From Myxococcota bacterium (GTDB lineage Bacteria > Myxococcota_A > UBA9160 > SZUA-336), in assembly GCA_965247115.1 (NCBI GenBank), contig CBDFGR010000002.1, positions 256,001 to 320,000 of the forward strand: a DNA stretch of 64,000 bases. Reading direction: 5' to 3'. Shown in pieces: positions 36,551-47,285 of the stretch. Both the position numbers and the translations under genes were made by a program. Position 1 is the first letter of the stretch. Each line of letters opens with the position of its first letter. Under the pieces are notes generated by a model. The model worked only from the letters and a program-made list of their open reading frames with translations, was not told where the DNA came from and ran no database searches.

Positions 36551-38356
36551 GTGATCGAACGCTTGACCGCACGAGACGAGTGGAAGTTCTTCGGAGTCTT
36601 GCCGCTGGCGGATCGCGCGCTCGCCAGCGCCTGGTGGACGCTGCTCGGGCTGCGGGGCCTGCTCCCCGCTCTGTTCGCGATCGCCATGGGTGTACTGGTC
36701 GGCGCCGTACAGCGGGGCGACGACCTGGCCGTTCCACTCGCGTGGGTCGGCAGCGTGTTCGTACTGCTGCAGGTACTGGCTCCTCTGCACGACGCGACCG
36801 GCGCGAACCTTGGCAGCAGAACCGCCGCCTGGCTCTACGACAAGCTCACCAGCGCCTGCGTACGCCCGCCCGGAATGGGCCATCTCGAGAACCCAGAGCT
36901 CACCACTGACCTCACGATGGGCCGGGACTTCGACCTGGGCATCAGCGGACCACCGCTGGCGATCTCCATGAACTTCATCGCCGGCGGCCTGGTGCAGATG
37001 TTGGGCGGGCTCGCCTCCGCAGTCGTCCTGGTCGCGTATACCTGGTGGGCACCCCTGCTGCTCGCCGGTGCCTGGCTCTCCACACACTGGCTGTTGCGCG
37101 AGAGCGGAGTCTGGCGCGACCGCAATACGGAGGAGGTCCGGGGGGCCCAGCGCCACGCGGACTACGCCTACCGCCTCGCCGTCGATCCACCCGCCGCAAA
37201 GGAGCTGCGCCTGTTCGGTCTGGCGGGATGGACTGTCGAACGCTTCCGCAGGCAGCGTCGTCTCCTCTTCGACCTTCGCTGGGAGGCCACGCGGCTGCGG
37301 GAGCGCCCCGTGCTGTGGTGCCTGCTCCTTGTTCTCGGGGCGAACCTGCTGCTGTTCTGGTCGCTGGCCCTGTCCGCTGCCGAGGGAGTCCTCGCACTCG
37401 ACCGCATGGTCACCTTTGCGAGCGCCGCCATCAGCACGAGCATGATCGGCTTCGGCGGCCTCTCCTGGGCACTCGACGGGGCAGCGGCGCCCACCGGCGC
37501 CGTGCTGCGGCTGCAGCGAGCGATGGACCCGGCCGGAGCGCTCGTCATCGGTCGGGCGTCGGCGGACGGAATGCCAGCGCGCGAGATCCGCTTCCGCGAC
37601 GTCCGCTTCGCCTACCCGACCACGGGAGTGGCCGTCCTCGAGGGCTTCGACCTCACCATTCCCGCTGGCTCGTCGCTCGCCATCGTCGGACAGAACGGCG
37701 CAGGGAAAACAACGCTCGCGAAGCTGCTGTGTCGGCTGTACGACCCGGAGGCAGGCGCAATCGAGGTGGACGGCGTCGACCTCCGGACGCTCGAGCTGGA
37801 GTCCTGGCGGTCGCGCCTGGCCGCCGTGTTCCAGGACTTTGTCCGCTTCGAGCTTCCCCTGCGGGACAACGTGGCGCCATCGGGCGCACCCGATGCTGTG
37901 ATCCTGGCCGCTCTGACCGAGGCCGGTGCCACCGACTTCGCCGACCTCGATACCGTGCTCGCGCGGGGCTACCCGGGTGGTACCGAGCTCTCCGGTGGAC
38001 AGTGGCAGCGCGTCGCGCTGGCCCGAGCGCTGTGCGAGGTGCGGCTCGGGGCGGGTGTCGTGTTGCTGGACGAGCCCACGGCGCAGCTCGACGTGCGCGG
38101 AGAGGCCGAGATCTTCGACCGCATCCTCGCGGCAACGCGCCACACGACGACGATCCTGGTCTCACACCGCTTCTCCACCGTGCGACATGCGGACCGTATC
38201 TGCGTTCTGCACGGTGGCCAGGTGGTCGAGCTCGGCACGCACGACGAGCTGATGGCGGCCGGAGGCCGCTACAAGATGATGTTCGAGCTGCAGGCTTCGC
38301 GCTTTGCCGACGGCGGCGATGACGAGGAAGACATTGAGCTCGATGTCCTCGAGTAG
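36551..38356 (+). CDS. ABC exporter, TMD+ATPase subunit 1
   Basis: GQNGAGKT, LSGGQWQR, LLDEPT, SHRFST. Confidence 0.93.
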   Translation: MIERLTARDEWKFFGVLPLADRALASAWWTLLGLRGLLPALFAIAMGVLVGAVQRGDDLAVPLAWVGSVFVLLQVLAPLHDATGANLGSRTAAWLYDKLTSACVRPPGMGHLENPELTTDLTMGRDFDLGISGPPLAISMNFIAGGLVQMLGGLASAVVLVAYTWWAPLLLAGAWLSTHWLLRESGVWRDRNTEEVRGAQRHADYAYRLAVDPPAAKELRLFGLAGWTVERFRRQRRLLFDLRWEATRLRERPVLWCLLLVLGANLLLFWSLALSAAEGVLALDRMVTFASAAISTSMIGFGGLSWALDGAAAPTGAVLRLQRAMDPAGALVIGRASADGMPAREIRFRDVRFAYPTTGVAVLEGFDLTIPAGSSLAIVGQNGAGKTTLAKLLCRLYDPEAGAIEVDGVDLRTLELESWRSRLAAVFQDFVRFELPLRDNVAPSGAPDAVILAALTEAGATDFADLDTVLARGYPGGTELSGGQWQRVALARALCEVRLGAGVVLLDEPTAQLDVRGEAEIFDRILAATRHTTTILVSHRFSTVRHADRICVLHGGQVVELGTHDELMAAGGRYKMMFELQASRFADGGDDEEDIELDVLE

Positions 38357-40142
38357 CGACATGCCGGCCGCGCTGCCCGCGATGTGGCGAGCGCTCAAGC
38401 GCGGCTACGAGGCCGAGCCGTTGTTGCTCTCCGTGGCCTTTGGCCTGTCGCTCCTCGCCGCATTGCCGGACGCGTTGCTGGCGCTGTGGCTCAAGTTCCT
38501 TGCAGACGGCGTGCTCGAGGCAGACCGAGGACTCGTCATGATGGCGGCCATCGGGCTGGGTGCTTCGGCTGCGGCGACCTGGTTCCTGAACGTCATCAGC
38601 GACCGCACGCAGCGCCGCGTCCGCGAGAGGGTGACCATCGCCCTCGAGTCCCATGTAGCCGGGCTCCAGGCCTCCGTCGCAACCGTCGAGCATCACGAGA
38701 GGCCCGAGTACCTCGATCGGCTTGCGGTACTGCGCGACCAGGTCTTCGTGCTCGACCACATGTACATGTCGCTGTTCACGACGTGCGGTTGGATCCTGCG
38801 GCTCGGCGTCACGATCGCACTGCTCATGTCGATCCATCCTGCACTGGCTTTCCTCGCCGGCTTCGCGCTACCCACCGTGCTGACCTCGACGTGGCGGCCG
38901 GCAGTGGAGCGCGCGGCCGAGGAGCGGGGCGCCGCCGCGAACCGCCTTGCACGTCATCTGTTCGACACGGCCACCACTGCGCCACCCGGCAAGGAGGTGC
39001 GCGTGACGCAGATCGGCGATCGTCTCGTATCGGGGCGTCGCGAGGCGTGGGAGCGCTGGTACGGACCCGTTGCTGCCGCGCGCTGGGGCAGTGCGGTCTG
39101 GCACACCATGGGGTGGGCACTCTTCGGGGCTGCATACGTGGGGGCGGTAGTGTTCGTGGCCTGGGGTCTCCAGGCGACGCCGGGCGCCGTGCTGCTCGTA
39201 CTGGCGGCGGGCTCGCGCCTGTCGGCCTACATCGGCGCGACCGTTGGGGAGATCGGCTTCCTGCGTGGAACCTGGATGGACGGTTCCATGCGCATGGCGT
39301 GGCTCGAGGATTACGCCGCAGCGCTGCTCGAGAACGCCGACGCCGCAGTTCCCTCACGCCTGACAGACGGCATCCGCTTCGAGCACGTGTCGTTCGCCTA
39401 TCCCGGCACCGATCGGCGGGTGCTCGACGACGTGAACCTGGAGATCGAGGCCGGCTCCGTCGTAGCCATCGTCGGAGAGAACGGCGCAGGGAAGACGACG
39501 CTCGTAAAGCTCCTGTGCCGTCTCTACCAGCCCATCGAGGGACGCATTCTGGTCGACGGCGCCGAGCTCGCGCGCATGCCCGTGGACGCCTGGCGAGAGC
39601 GACTGGCGGGAGCGTTTCAGGACTTCTTCCGCTTCGAGTTCCGCGCCCGCCATAGCGTCGGCCTGGGGGACGTGCTGCGGCTGGACGACGAGCCCGCAGT
39701 CAACGTGGCTGTCGATCGGGCCGGCGCGGAGGACGTCGTAAAGCAGCTGCTCTCCGGACTCGAGACGCAGCTCGGCCCGACCTGGCCCGACGGGGTGGAA
39801 ATCAGCTTTGGCCAGTGGCAGAAGCTGGCGCTCGCACGGGGCTTCATGCGCGATCGCCCATTGCTGCTCGTACTCGACGAGCCCACGGCGGCGCTCGACG
39901 CGGAGACGGAGCACGCACTTTTCGAGCGCTACGCGGCCGCCGCGCGCGGTGGCACCGAGGAAGCACCGGACGGCCGCATCACGATCCTGGTCTCCCACCG
40001 CTTCAGCACCGTGCGTATGGCAGACACCATCGTCGTTCTCGACGGCGCGCAAGTCGTCGAGGTCGGCAGCCACGAACAGCTGATCGCCGCCAACGGACAG
40101 TACGCGAGCCTGTACGAGATCCAGGCGGCGGCCTACCGATGA
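38343..40142 (+). CDS. ABC exporter, TMD+ATPase subunit 2
   Basis: GENGAGKT, degenerate signature ISFGQWQK, VLDEPT. Confidence 0.93.
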   Translation: MSSSSDMPAALPAMWRALKRGYEAEPLLLSVAFGLSLLAALPDALLALWLKFLADGVLEADRGLVMMAAIGLGASAAATWFLNVISDRTQRRVRERVTIALESHVAGLQASVATVEHHERPEYLDRLAVLRDQVFVLDHMYMSLFTTCGWILRLGVTIALLMSIHPALAFLAGFALPTVLTSTWRPAVERAAEERGAAANRLARHLFDTATTAPPGKEVRVTQIGDRLVSGRREAWERWYGPVAAARWGSAVWHTMGWALFGAAYVGAVVFVAWGLQATPGAVLLVLAAGSRLSAYIGATVGEIGFLRGTWMDGSMRMAWLEDYAAALLENADAAVPSRLTDGIRFEHVSFAYPGTDRRVLDDVNLEIEAGSVVAIVGENGAGKTTLVKLLCRLYQPIEGRILVDGAELARMPVDAWRERLAGAFQDFFRFEFRARHSVGLGDVLRLDDEPAVNVAVDRAGAEDVVKQLLSGLETQLGPTWPDGVEISFGQWQKLALARGFMRDRPLLLVLDEPTAALDAETEHALFERYAAAARGGTEEAPDGRITILVSHRFSTVRMADTIVVLDGAQVVEVGSHEQLIAANGQYASLYEIQAAAYR

Positions 40143-40158
40143 GGAGGAATTCGCGCCG

Positions 40159-40986
40159 ATGAGGCTCCCGGTCGAAGACGCGTGGCAGCGCGACGTCCAC
40201 CATCTGAGAAGACCGGACGTAGATCGCGATTACCAGCTGTGGGTCGCGACCTCGCCGCACTACACCGCTGGAGACTCGAGCCACTCGCTGGTGCTCTGCC
40301 TGGACGCCCACTGGACCTGGGGCACGGCCCTGGACGTGGCTCGCATCCTGGGCTTAGGGCGAGAGCTGCCCGATCTGATCGTGGCCGGTCTCACCTATGC
40401 GACCGACGACTGGCGCCAGATCGTGCAGTTCCGGGCGATGGACCTCACCGTGACCGCCGTCGACGCACCGCCCGAGACGGGTGTCCGCGTTCCCGGCGAC
40501 CAGCTGGGCGGCGCCGAGCCGTTCCAGCGCTGGCTCGAGGGCAGCGTGATCCCACTCCTGCGCGATCGCTATCGCGTGGCAGACCTGACGCTGCTCGGTC
40601 ACTCGTTCACGGCGCTATTCGGCCTGCACGTGCTGCTCACCACCCCCGAGGCGTACGGCCGCTACCTGCTGGCGAGCCCCTCGGTCTGGTGGGACGACGG
40701 GATCATGTTCTCACGGGTCGACGAGGCTGCCGAGCGACGAACGGATCTCCCCGCAGAGGTGTTCATGTCGAGCGGGGGTCTCGAGACCGGTCCCATGGCC
40801 CGTCACGAGGAGCTCTCGGAGCATCTGGCCTCGAAGAACTTCGCCGGGCTCCGGCAGACCTTCGTGCACTTCCCGGACGAGCACCACAACTCGGTCGTCA
40901 ACGCGGCCATCTCCCGTGGCCTTCGCGTGCTGTTCGCAGGACATGGAGCGGCGCGGCGCGAGAAGAGCCGGATCAACCACCCATGA
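40159..40986 (+). CDS. IroE-like alpha/beta hydrolase
   Basis: GHSF nucleophile elbow, ASPSVWW, FPDEHH. Confidence 0.85.
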   Translation: MRLPVEDAWQRDVHHLRRPDVDRDYQLWVATSPHYTAGDSSHSLVLCLDAHWTWGTALDVARILGLGRELPDLIVAGLTYATDDWRQIVQFRAMDLTVTAVDAPPETGVRVPGDQLGGAEPFQRWLEGSVIPLLRDRYRVADLTLLGHSFTALFGLHVLLTTPEAYGRYLLASPSVWWDDGIMFSRVDEAAERRTDLPAEVFMSSGGLETGPMARHEELSEHLASKNFAGLRQTFVHFPDEHHNSVVNAAISRGLRVLFAGHGAARREKSRINHP

Positions 40987-41347
40987 TGAACGCGACCAGC
41001 TTGTTGCCGTCGAGATCGCGGAAATAGCCGCCGTAGAAGCCCCCGTCGCCGCGCGGCCCTGGGGCCCCTTCGTCCGTGCCGCCGAGCTCGAGAGCCTTGG
41101 CGTGCAGCTTCGCCGCGTTCTCCTTGGAACCCGCCGCAAGGGCCACCATGGGCCCGTTTCCCGAGACGGCAGCCTTCTCATCCCAGGGTTTGCAGACTGC
41201 GAGCATCGGGGCGCCAGGCTTGGACCCCCACATGATCAACCGCTCGTTGACCATGACCCGCTTCGCGCCGAGCTCGCCGAGCAGCGCGTCGTAGAACGCC
41301 CCGGCGCGCTCGAGGTCTTTCGTACCTAGTGTCACATAGCCGATCAT
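40973..41347 (-). CDS. VOC family protein
   Basis: YVTLGTKDL, GGTDEGAPG, YFRDLDGNK. Confidence 0.92.
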   Translation of the reverse strand: MIGYVTLGTKDLERAGAFYDALLGELGAKRVMVNERLIMWGSKPGAPMLAVCKPWDEKAAVSGNGPMVALAAGSKENAAKLHAKALELGGTDEGAPGPRGDGGFYGGYFRDLDGNKLVAFIMGG

Positions 41348-41480
41348 CTTGACTCCTTCCGTCTTCCTGCAGTCGGTCTCTCGCGCCGGACTATACCACG
41401 CTCTTGTGGGACTCTCTGGTCGAGCGACCCGTCTGGAGCGGCTCGCAAGTCCGAGCGGCGACCTGTTAGGGTGCTTCGGA

Positions 41481-43148
41481 ATGCCTACCGATCTCGAGAT
41501 TGCTCGAGCCGTGTCCCCGCGTCCGATTGTGGAGGTGGCCAGTGAGCTGGGCCTCGCACCTTCGGACCTCCGCCCTTACGGACACGACATGGCGAAGATC
41601 AATCCGGCAGTACTCAAGGGCCCGCCCCGCCGCGAGGGGGAAGGAAGCCTGATCCTGGTCTCGGCCATAACTCCAACACCGGCCGGTGAGGGCAAGACCA
41701 CGACCAGCATCGGACTGTCGCAAGGGCTCGCCCGGCTCGGCGAGTCCACCTGTCTGGCCCTGCGCGAGCCCTCCCTCGGGCCCACGTTCGGGATGAAGGG
41801 CGGAGCTACAGGCGGTGGTCACAGTCAGGTGATCCCGACCGAGCGGATCAACCTGCACTTTACGGGCGACTTCCACGCCATCACAACGGCTCACAACCTG
41901 CTTGCCGCCCTCGTCGACAATCATGTCTACTTCGGGAACGAGCTCGGGATCGATCCGCGGCAGATCCTGTGGCGGCGCGTGATGGACATGAATGACCGCG
42001 CGCTGCGCAACGTGATCGTGGGGCTGGGCGGCAGCACGCAGGGCGTCCCGCGCGAGACGGGCTTCGATATCACGGCCGCCTCCGAGGTGATGGCGATCCT
42101 GTGCCTGGCCGAGAACGAGGACGACCTGCGCGCCCGGCTCGACCGGATCTTGATCGGCTTCACCTACGACGGGGAGCCCGTAACGGCGGAGAAGCTGTCG
42201 GCCTCGGGTGCCATGCTCGCGCTCCTGCGCGACGCGCTGTGGCCGAACCTGGTTCAGACGCTGGAAGGCACACCTGCGGTGATCCACGGCGGTCCCTTCG
42301 CCAACATCGCGCACGGCTGCAACAGCGTGATCGCCACGCGTACGGCGACGCATCTGGCGGACTGGGCCATCACCGAGGCGGGCTTCGGCTTCGATCTCGG
42401 CGCGGAGAAGTTCTTCGACATCAAGTGCCGAAACGCCGGACTCGACACCGCGGCTGTCGTTCTTGTGGCCACGCTCCGAGCACTCAAGCTGCACGGTGGG
42501 CTGCGGCGCAAAGAGATCGACGATCCGAACCCGGAGGCTGCAGAACGTGGGCTTCCCAACCTGGAGAAGCACATCGAGAACATCAGCCACTTCGGCGAGG
42601 TGCCGGTCGTCGCGCTGAATCGCTTCGCGGGCGACACCGAGGAGGAGATCTCGGTCGTGCGCGAGCGCTGCAGCTCGCTTGGCGTGCCTTTCGCGGTGAC
42701 CGAACATCACGCCCGGGGGGGCGAAGGCGCGGAGGAGCTCGCGCGCGCCGTGATGGCCCACGCGCGGCGCCACCGGGGGTTCACGCCGCTCTACAGCACG
42801 GAGGAGTCGATCCCCGACAAGATCCTCGCCGTTGCGCAGAAGATGTACGGCGCCAAGAGCGTCTCCTTCACGAAACAGGCCAAGCGCGAGATCAAACACA
42901 CGCAGGACCTCGGCTACGCCGACCTTCCTGTCTGTATCGCGAAGACCCCGGCGTCGCTCTCGGATGATCCGACCCTGCGAGGGCGGCCCGATGGCTTCGA
43001 CGTCACGGTTCGCTCGGTCCAGATCAACGCGGGCGCCGGATTCCTGGTGGTCCTGACCGGCGACATCCTCCGCATGCCAGGCCTCCCGCGGCGACCGCTT
43101 GCCGAGAGGATCGACCTTGCAGGCGGAGAGATCGTCGGGCTCGAGTGA
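41481..43148 (+). CDS. fhs: Formate--tetrahydrofolate ligase
   Basis: TPTPAGEGKTT, KGGATGGG, INLHFTGDFHAIT, HGGPFANIAHG. Confidence 0.97.
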   Translation: MPTDLEIARAVSPRPIVEVASELGLAPSDLRPYGHDMAKINPAVLKGPPRREGEGSLILVSAITPTPAGEGKTTTSIGLSQGLARLGESTCLALREPSLGPTFGMKGGATGGGHSQVIPTERINLHFTGDFHAITTAHNLLAALVDNHVYFGNELGIDPRQILWRRVMDMNDRALRNVIVGLGGSTQGVPRETGFDITAASEVMAILCLAENEDDLRARLDRILIGFTYDGEPVTAEKLSASGAMLALLRDALWPNLVQTLEGTPAVIHGGPFANIAHGCNSVIATRTATHLADWAITEAGFGFDLGAEKFFDIKCRNAGLDTAAVVLVATLRALKLHGGLRRKEIDDPNPEAAERGLPNLEKHIENISHFGEVPVVALNRFAGDTEEEISVVRERCSSLGVPFAVTEHHARGGEGAEELARAVMAHARRHRGFTPLYSTEESIPDKILAVAQKMYGAKSVSFTKQAKREIKHTQDLGYADLPVCIAKTPASLSDDPTLRGRPDGFDVTVRSVQINAGAGFLVVLTGDILRMPGLPRRPLAERIDLAGGEIVGLE

Positions 43149-43188
43149 CCCGGCACCAATCCGGCATGGCCGGCTCGGGAGATCCAAG

Positions 43189-44325
43189 ATGGCAGAAGAC
43201 ATGAGCGTGGGGCTTCAGCTCCGTTCTACCGTGAAGAAGAACGGCACCCTCGAGCTATCGCTCGCGAGCGTCGCAACCCCAGAACCCAAGCCCGACGAGG
43301 TGATCGTCCGCGTCGAAGCCTCTCCCATCAATCCCTCCGACATGGGGCTCCTGTTTGGCATGGCCGACATGAGCACTGCTGCGGCATCCGGCGGCGCCGA
43401 CAACCCCGTGGTGACAGCGAGGGTCCCGGAGGGGTTGATGCGACACATGGCAGCGAGGGTCGACCAGGCCTTGCCGGTCGGCAACGAAGGCGCCGGCGTG
43501 GTCGTTCAGACCGGCGCTTCGGACTCGGCACGTGCGCTCATGGGAAAGACCGTGGCGATCCTCGGCGGGGCGATGTACGCCCAGTACCGCTGTATCCCCG
43601 CTGCCCAGTGCCTGGTCTTGCCGGAGGGGACTACGCCGGCAGAGGGCGCTTCTTGCTTCGTCAACCCGCTCACCGTCCTGGGTATGGTCGAGACGATGCG
43701 GGCGGAAGGTCACCGCGCGCTGGTGCATACCGCGGCCGCCTCTAACCTCGGTCAGATGCTGGTCAAGCTCTGCAACGAGGAGAAGGTAGACCTGGTGAAC
43801 ATCGTGCGGAGGCAGGAGCACGCAGACCTGCTCAAGGGCATCGGGGCCACCTACGTCTGCAACTCGAGCGTAACGACGTTCATGGAGGACCTGACCGACG
43901 CGCTGGCAGCTACGGGCGCCACGCTGGCTTTCGACGCCATCGGCGGCGGCAAGCAGGCCGGACAGATCCTGACCTGCATGGAGGCGGCAGCGACCAGGGA
44001 CGCGAAGAACCTCGGTCGTTACGGGTCGACCGTCTACAAGCAGGTCTACATCTACGGCGGCCTGGATCGAGGCCCAACCGAGTTCAACCGGAACTTCGGC
44101 ATGACCTGGGGCATCGGCGCCTGGCTTCTCACTCCGTTCCTGCAGAAGATCGGGGCCGACGGGGCTCAGAAGCTGCGCGAGCGCGTCGCGGCAGGGATCA
44201 AGACCACGTTCGCCAGCCACTACACCAACGAGGTGTCGCTGGTCGAGGCGCTGCGGCTGGAAGCGATTCGCGCCTACGGCAAGCAAGCCACGGGCGAGAA
44301 GTACCTGATCCGCCCGAACACGTGA
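43189..44325 (+). CDS. MDR-superfamily oxidoreductase
   Basis: ASPINPSD, GNEGAG, FVNPLT, HTAAASNLG. Confidence 0.9.
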   Translation: MAEDMSVGLQLRSTVKKNGTLELSLASVATPEPKPDEVIVRVEASPINPSDMGLLFGMADMSTAAASGGADNPVVTARVPEGLMRHMAARVDQALPVGNEGAGVVVQTGASDSARALMGKTVAILGGAMYAQYRCIPAAQCLVLPEGTTPAEGASCFVNPLTVLGMVETMRAEGHRALVHTAAASNLGQMLVKLCNEEKVDLVNIVRRQEHADLLKGIGATYVCNSSVTTFMEDLTDALAATGATLAFDAIGGGKQAGQILTCMEAAATRDAKNLGRYGSTVYKQVYIYGGLDRGPTEFNRNFGMTWGIGAWLLTPFLQKIGADGAQKLRERVAAGIKTTFASHYTNEVSLVEALRLEAIRAYGKQATGEKYLIRPNT

Positions 44326-45537
44326 TCACAACAGGTCCCTGATCGTCCTCCTCGCGAGCTGCGACATGTGGACCTCGTCTGGGCCGTCGGCGATCCTGCA
44401 GTAGCGGCTCATCATGTAGATGTGCGCGATCGGTGTGTCCTGCGTCACGCCCATTCCGCCGTGCGCCTGCAGCGCGCGGTCCGCCACGTTCTGACACATC
44501 TGAGGCGCGATGATCTTGACCATGGAGATGTAGTCCCGCGCGCCCTTCGGGCCGAACTTGTCCATCTTGTCCGCTGCGGCGAGCACCAGCAGACGGCACT
44601 GCTCGATCTCGCAGCGCGAGCGCGCAACGTCGTGCTGGATGCTGGTCTTCTGCGACAGCTTCTCCCCGAAGGCGACGCGACTCTCGATGCGATTGCACAT
44701 CAGCTCGAGGCAGCGCTGGGCCATGCCGACGAACATCATCGCGTACTGGAAACGCCCCGGTCCCAGGCGGCCCTGCGCGATCTCGAAGCCCCGACCCTCG
44801 CCCAGGATGAGATTCTCGGCGGGCACGCGGACGTTGTCGTAGAGCACCTGAGCGTGGCCGCCGGGCGAGTCCACACTTCCAAAGGCGCGCAGCGGCCGCT
44901 CGAGCACCACGCCTGGCGTGTCCTTCGGAACCAGGATCATCGAGAACTGCTCGTGCCTCGGCGCGTTCGAGTCCGTCTTCCCCATCATCACGAACACTTT
45001 GCAAAGCGGGTTGAAGGCGTTCGAGGTGAACCACTTGCGACCGTTGATCACGTACTCGTCGCCGTCGCGGACGATCGTGGCCTCCAGGTTCCCGGCGTCG
45101 GACGACGCGACGGCCGGCTCGGTCATCGAGAACGCCGAGCGGATCTCGCCTTCCATCAGGGGCAGGAGCCACTTCTCCTGCTGGGCCTTGCTGCCGAAGC
45201 GCGCGAGCACCTCCATGTTGCCGCGGTCGGGGGCGCTGCAGTTGAACACCTCCTGCGCCCAGGGCACCCGCGCCATCTTCTCCATGATCGGCGCGAACTC
45301 CAGGTTGCTGAGGCCGGGGCTGAACTCCTCGTACTCCTTCGGGAGGAACCAGTTCCAGATCCCCGCCTTCTTGGCTTCGGCCTTCAGGTCCTCGAACCAC
45401 GGCGGGTAGAGCCACTCGTTCTTGCTGTCATCCACCCACTCCCAGTGCTCGAGCTCGCGCGGGAAGATGTGCTCTTCCATGAACTTGTCGACCTCGGCCA
45501 TGAGCCCGAGCACCTTGTCGCTGGGTTCAAAATCCAT
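44326..45537 (-). CDS. Acyl-CoA dehydrogenase
   Basis: FNCSAPDRGNME, MTEPAVASSDA, RIADGPDEVH. Confidence 0.95.
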   Translation of the reverse strand: MDFEPSDKVLGLMAEVDKFMEEHIFPRELEHWEWVDDSKNEWLYPPWFEDLKAEAKKAGIWNWFLPKEYEEFSPGLSNLEFAPIMEKMARVPWAQEVFNCSAPDRGNMEVLARFGSKAQQEKWLLPLMEGEIRSAFSMTEPAVASSDAGNLEATIVRDGDEYVINGRKWFTSNAFNPLCKVFVMMGKTDSNAPRHEQFSMILVPKDTPGVVLERPLRAFGSVDSPGGHAQVLYDNVRVPAENLILGEGRGFEIAQGRLGPGRFQYAMMFVGMAQRCLELMCNRIESRVAFGEKLSQKTSIQHDVARSRCEIEQCRLLVLAAADKMDKFGPKGARDYISMVKIIAPQMCQNVADRALQAHGGMGVTQDTPIAHIYMMSRYCRIADGPDEVHMSQLARRTIRDLL

Positions 45538-45638
45538 GCTCGTCCCCTCGGTGGTTCACCTGATCCGAGCGTACCACGGCATCGCGTTCTCGACCCCGCG
45601 CAACGGAGCCCGGCTCAAGGAGTGCGATTTGCAGTGCG

Positions 45639-46928
45639 CTACTCGCTCGAAGCGAGGTCTCTGCGGCCCTTCTCGCTCGCTCGCGCGGCATGATCGAGGA
45701 TGTTGCGGGCCATCGAGGAGGTCTGGGACTGGGAGTTCGAGCGGTATACGGCCGTGCGCACCAGGTGCACCTGCGGATCGTCTGGAGCCGCGGAGCAAGC
45801 GACTTCGACCAGGTGACACGCGAGTGCGTGGCGCCCCTCCCCGGATAGGGCGCGGGCACGCTCGAGAATCGGCCGGGTGCCGCCCGCGAGCGCGACCCAC
45901 TCGGCGCCCGCGTCCGACCGGGGCGCGGGCAGCAGGTTGTCGTACTCGCCGTCCCACCAGCCGCCGTAGCGCCGCCAGATCATGCGGATGAGGAAGCGGG
46001 GATCGTCGTAGACGGGGCGCAGGAAGGGACGCTCCATGAGCTCGGTCGGCAGCTTGACCGCGTGCATCACCTGGTCGAGCGTCCAGCCCTTGTTCATGAG
46101 CGTGACCGTCTGGTCCTCGATCGAGCGCAGCAGGGTCGCCGTCTCGGTGAGCGCCAGGTGGATGCGGTCGGCTCCGAAGATTGGCAGGCCATGCCCGGGC
46201 AGCAGCGTCTCGGGCTCCAGCCCAGCCATCTGGTCGAGCGCATCTGCCCAGTCGCTGACGTAGCGCTGCACCTTCTGCGGGTTTCCAGCATTGGGAACCG
46301 CGTAGATGAAGAGGTCGCCGGACGCAAGGATCTTGCGCTCCGGGATCCACACCCAGGTGTGGTCGTCGGTCTCGCCGCGGCCGTGGTGCAGGTCGAAGGT
46401 GAGCTCGCCGCGACGGAAGGTCAGCCGATCGCGGTAGACCACGTCCGGGTAGCGGTACTGCTCTGGCCAGCGGAATTGCGGTACGTCGATCGCGAACTGA
46501 CGCCGGTTGATGGCCGTGTTCCAGCCCAGCGTCTTCTTGTAGCGGTCGAAGTGCTGGGGCATCAGCTCGTGGGCGTAGATGATCGGCGCAGGCCAACCCT
46601 TGTCACGGGCTTCCTCCTCGAAGCGCAGCGTCGCGAAGATGTGGTCGATGTGGTGGTGCGAGAACACCGCGGCTACAAGCGGCGTCTCGGGTCGCCAGGC
46701 GCGGACCTCGTCGTAGGCCGCCTGAATCTCCTGCATCGTGCCGGCGTCGAGCATCACCAGGCCATCGCCCGTGTCGATCACGTACATGGCGGCGATGCCC
46801 TTCAGGGCGAGCAGGCCCGGCGCGAGCTCGGTCGAGCCCTCGTAGCGCGTGTGAACCGGGTGATGCTCGTGCACGATGTCGAGCTCACCCCGCCAGGCCT
46901 TCTCGGCCAGCTCCCGCAGATCGGTCAT
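45639..46928 (-). CDS. MBL-fold alkyl sulfatase-like hydrolase
   Basis: SHHHIDH, GETDDH, PNAGNPQKVQRY, PGHG. Confidence 0.9.
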   Translation of the reverse strand: MTDLRELAEKAWRGELDIVHEHHPVHTRYEGSTELAPGLLALKGIAAMYVIDTGDGLVMLDAGTMQEIQAAYDEVRAWRPETPLVAAVFSHHHIDHIFATLRFEEEARDKGWPAPIIYAHELMPQHFDRYKKTLGWNTAINRRQFAIDVPQFRWPEQYRYPDVVYRDRLTFRRGELTFDLHHGRGETDDHTWVWIPERKILASGDLFIYAVPNAGNPQKVQRYVSDWADALDQMAGLEPETLLPGHGLPIFGADRIHLALTETATLLRSIEDQTVTLMNKGWTLDQVMHAVKLPTELMERPFLRPVYDDPRFLIRMIWRRYGGWWDGEYDNLLPAPRSDAGAEWVALAGGTRPILERARALSGEGRHALACHLVEVACSAAPDDPQVHLVRTAVYRSNSQSQTSSMARNILDHAARASEKGRRDLASSE

Positions 46929-47012
46929 GGTCGGGTCCTCCATCGAAGGCCTTTCGGTATGCTACCGGAGGCCGCCCCGTCCGTGCTTCGCGGCGACCGG
47001 AAGGAGAAGCTC

Positions 47013-47285
47013 GTGAACCCGATTTCCGCGGATTCGCACGTGATGGAGGCGGAGGACGTGTTTGTTGGACTCGCGGATCGATTCGGCGACGAGGCGCCGC
47101 GCGTCATGTACGCGGGCACCGAGCAGGATGCCATCGTAATCTCGGCCAAAGGAGCGCGCGGGATCAGAAAACGCATGGGCTGGGCCGGAATGCGCCAGCG
47201 CGACGGCGTGCCGATCGAGCGCCGCCCGGGCCACAAGCCCGAGGTCGACAACTTGAACGGCAGGCACCAGTGGGGTGAGGGCTAG
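47013..47285 (+). pseudogene. 5' fragment of amidohydrolase-2 family gene
   Basis: AAGGAG RBS, then VNPISADSHVME...FGDEAPRV; ends after ~90 aa against the convergent helicase. Confidence 0.65.

Noticed and set aside
36551..40142. RiPP/bacteriocin export cluster
   Set aside because: No precursor peptide, peptidase domain or modification enzyme nearby
41481..43148. fhs as evidence of a Wood-Ljungdahl pathway
   Set aside because: No other pathway genes nearby; fhs is common in general C1 metabolism
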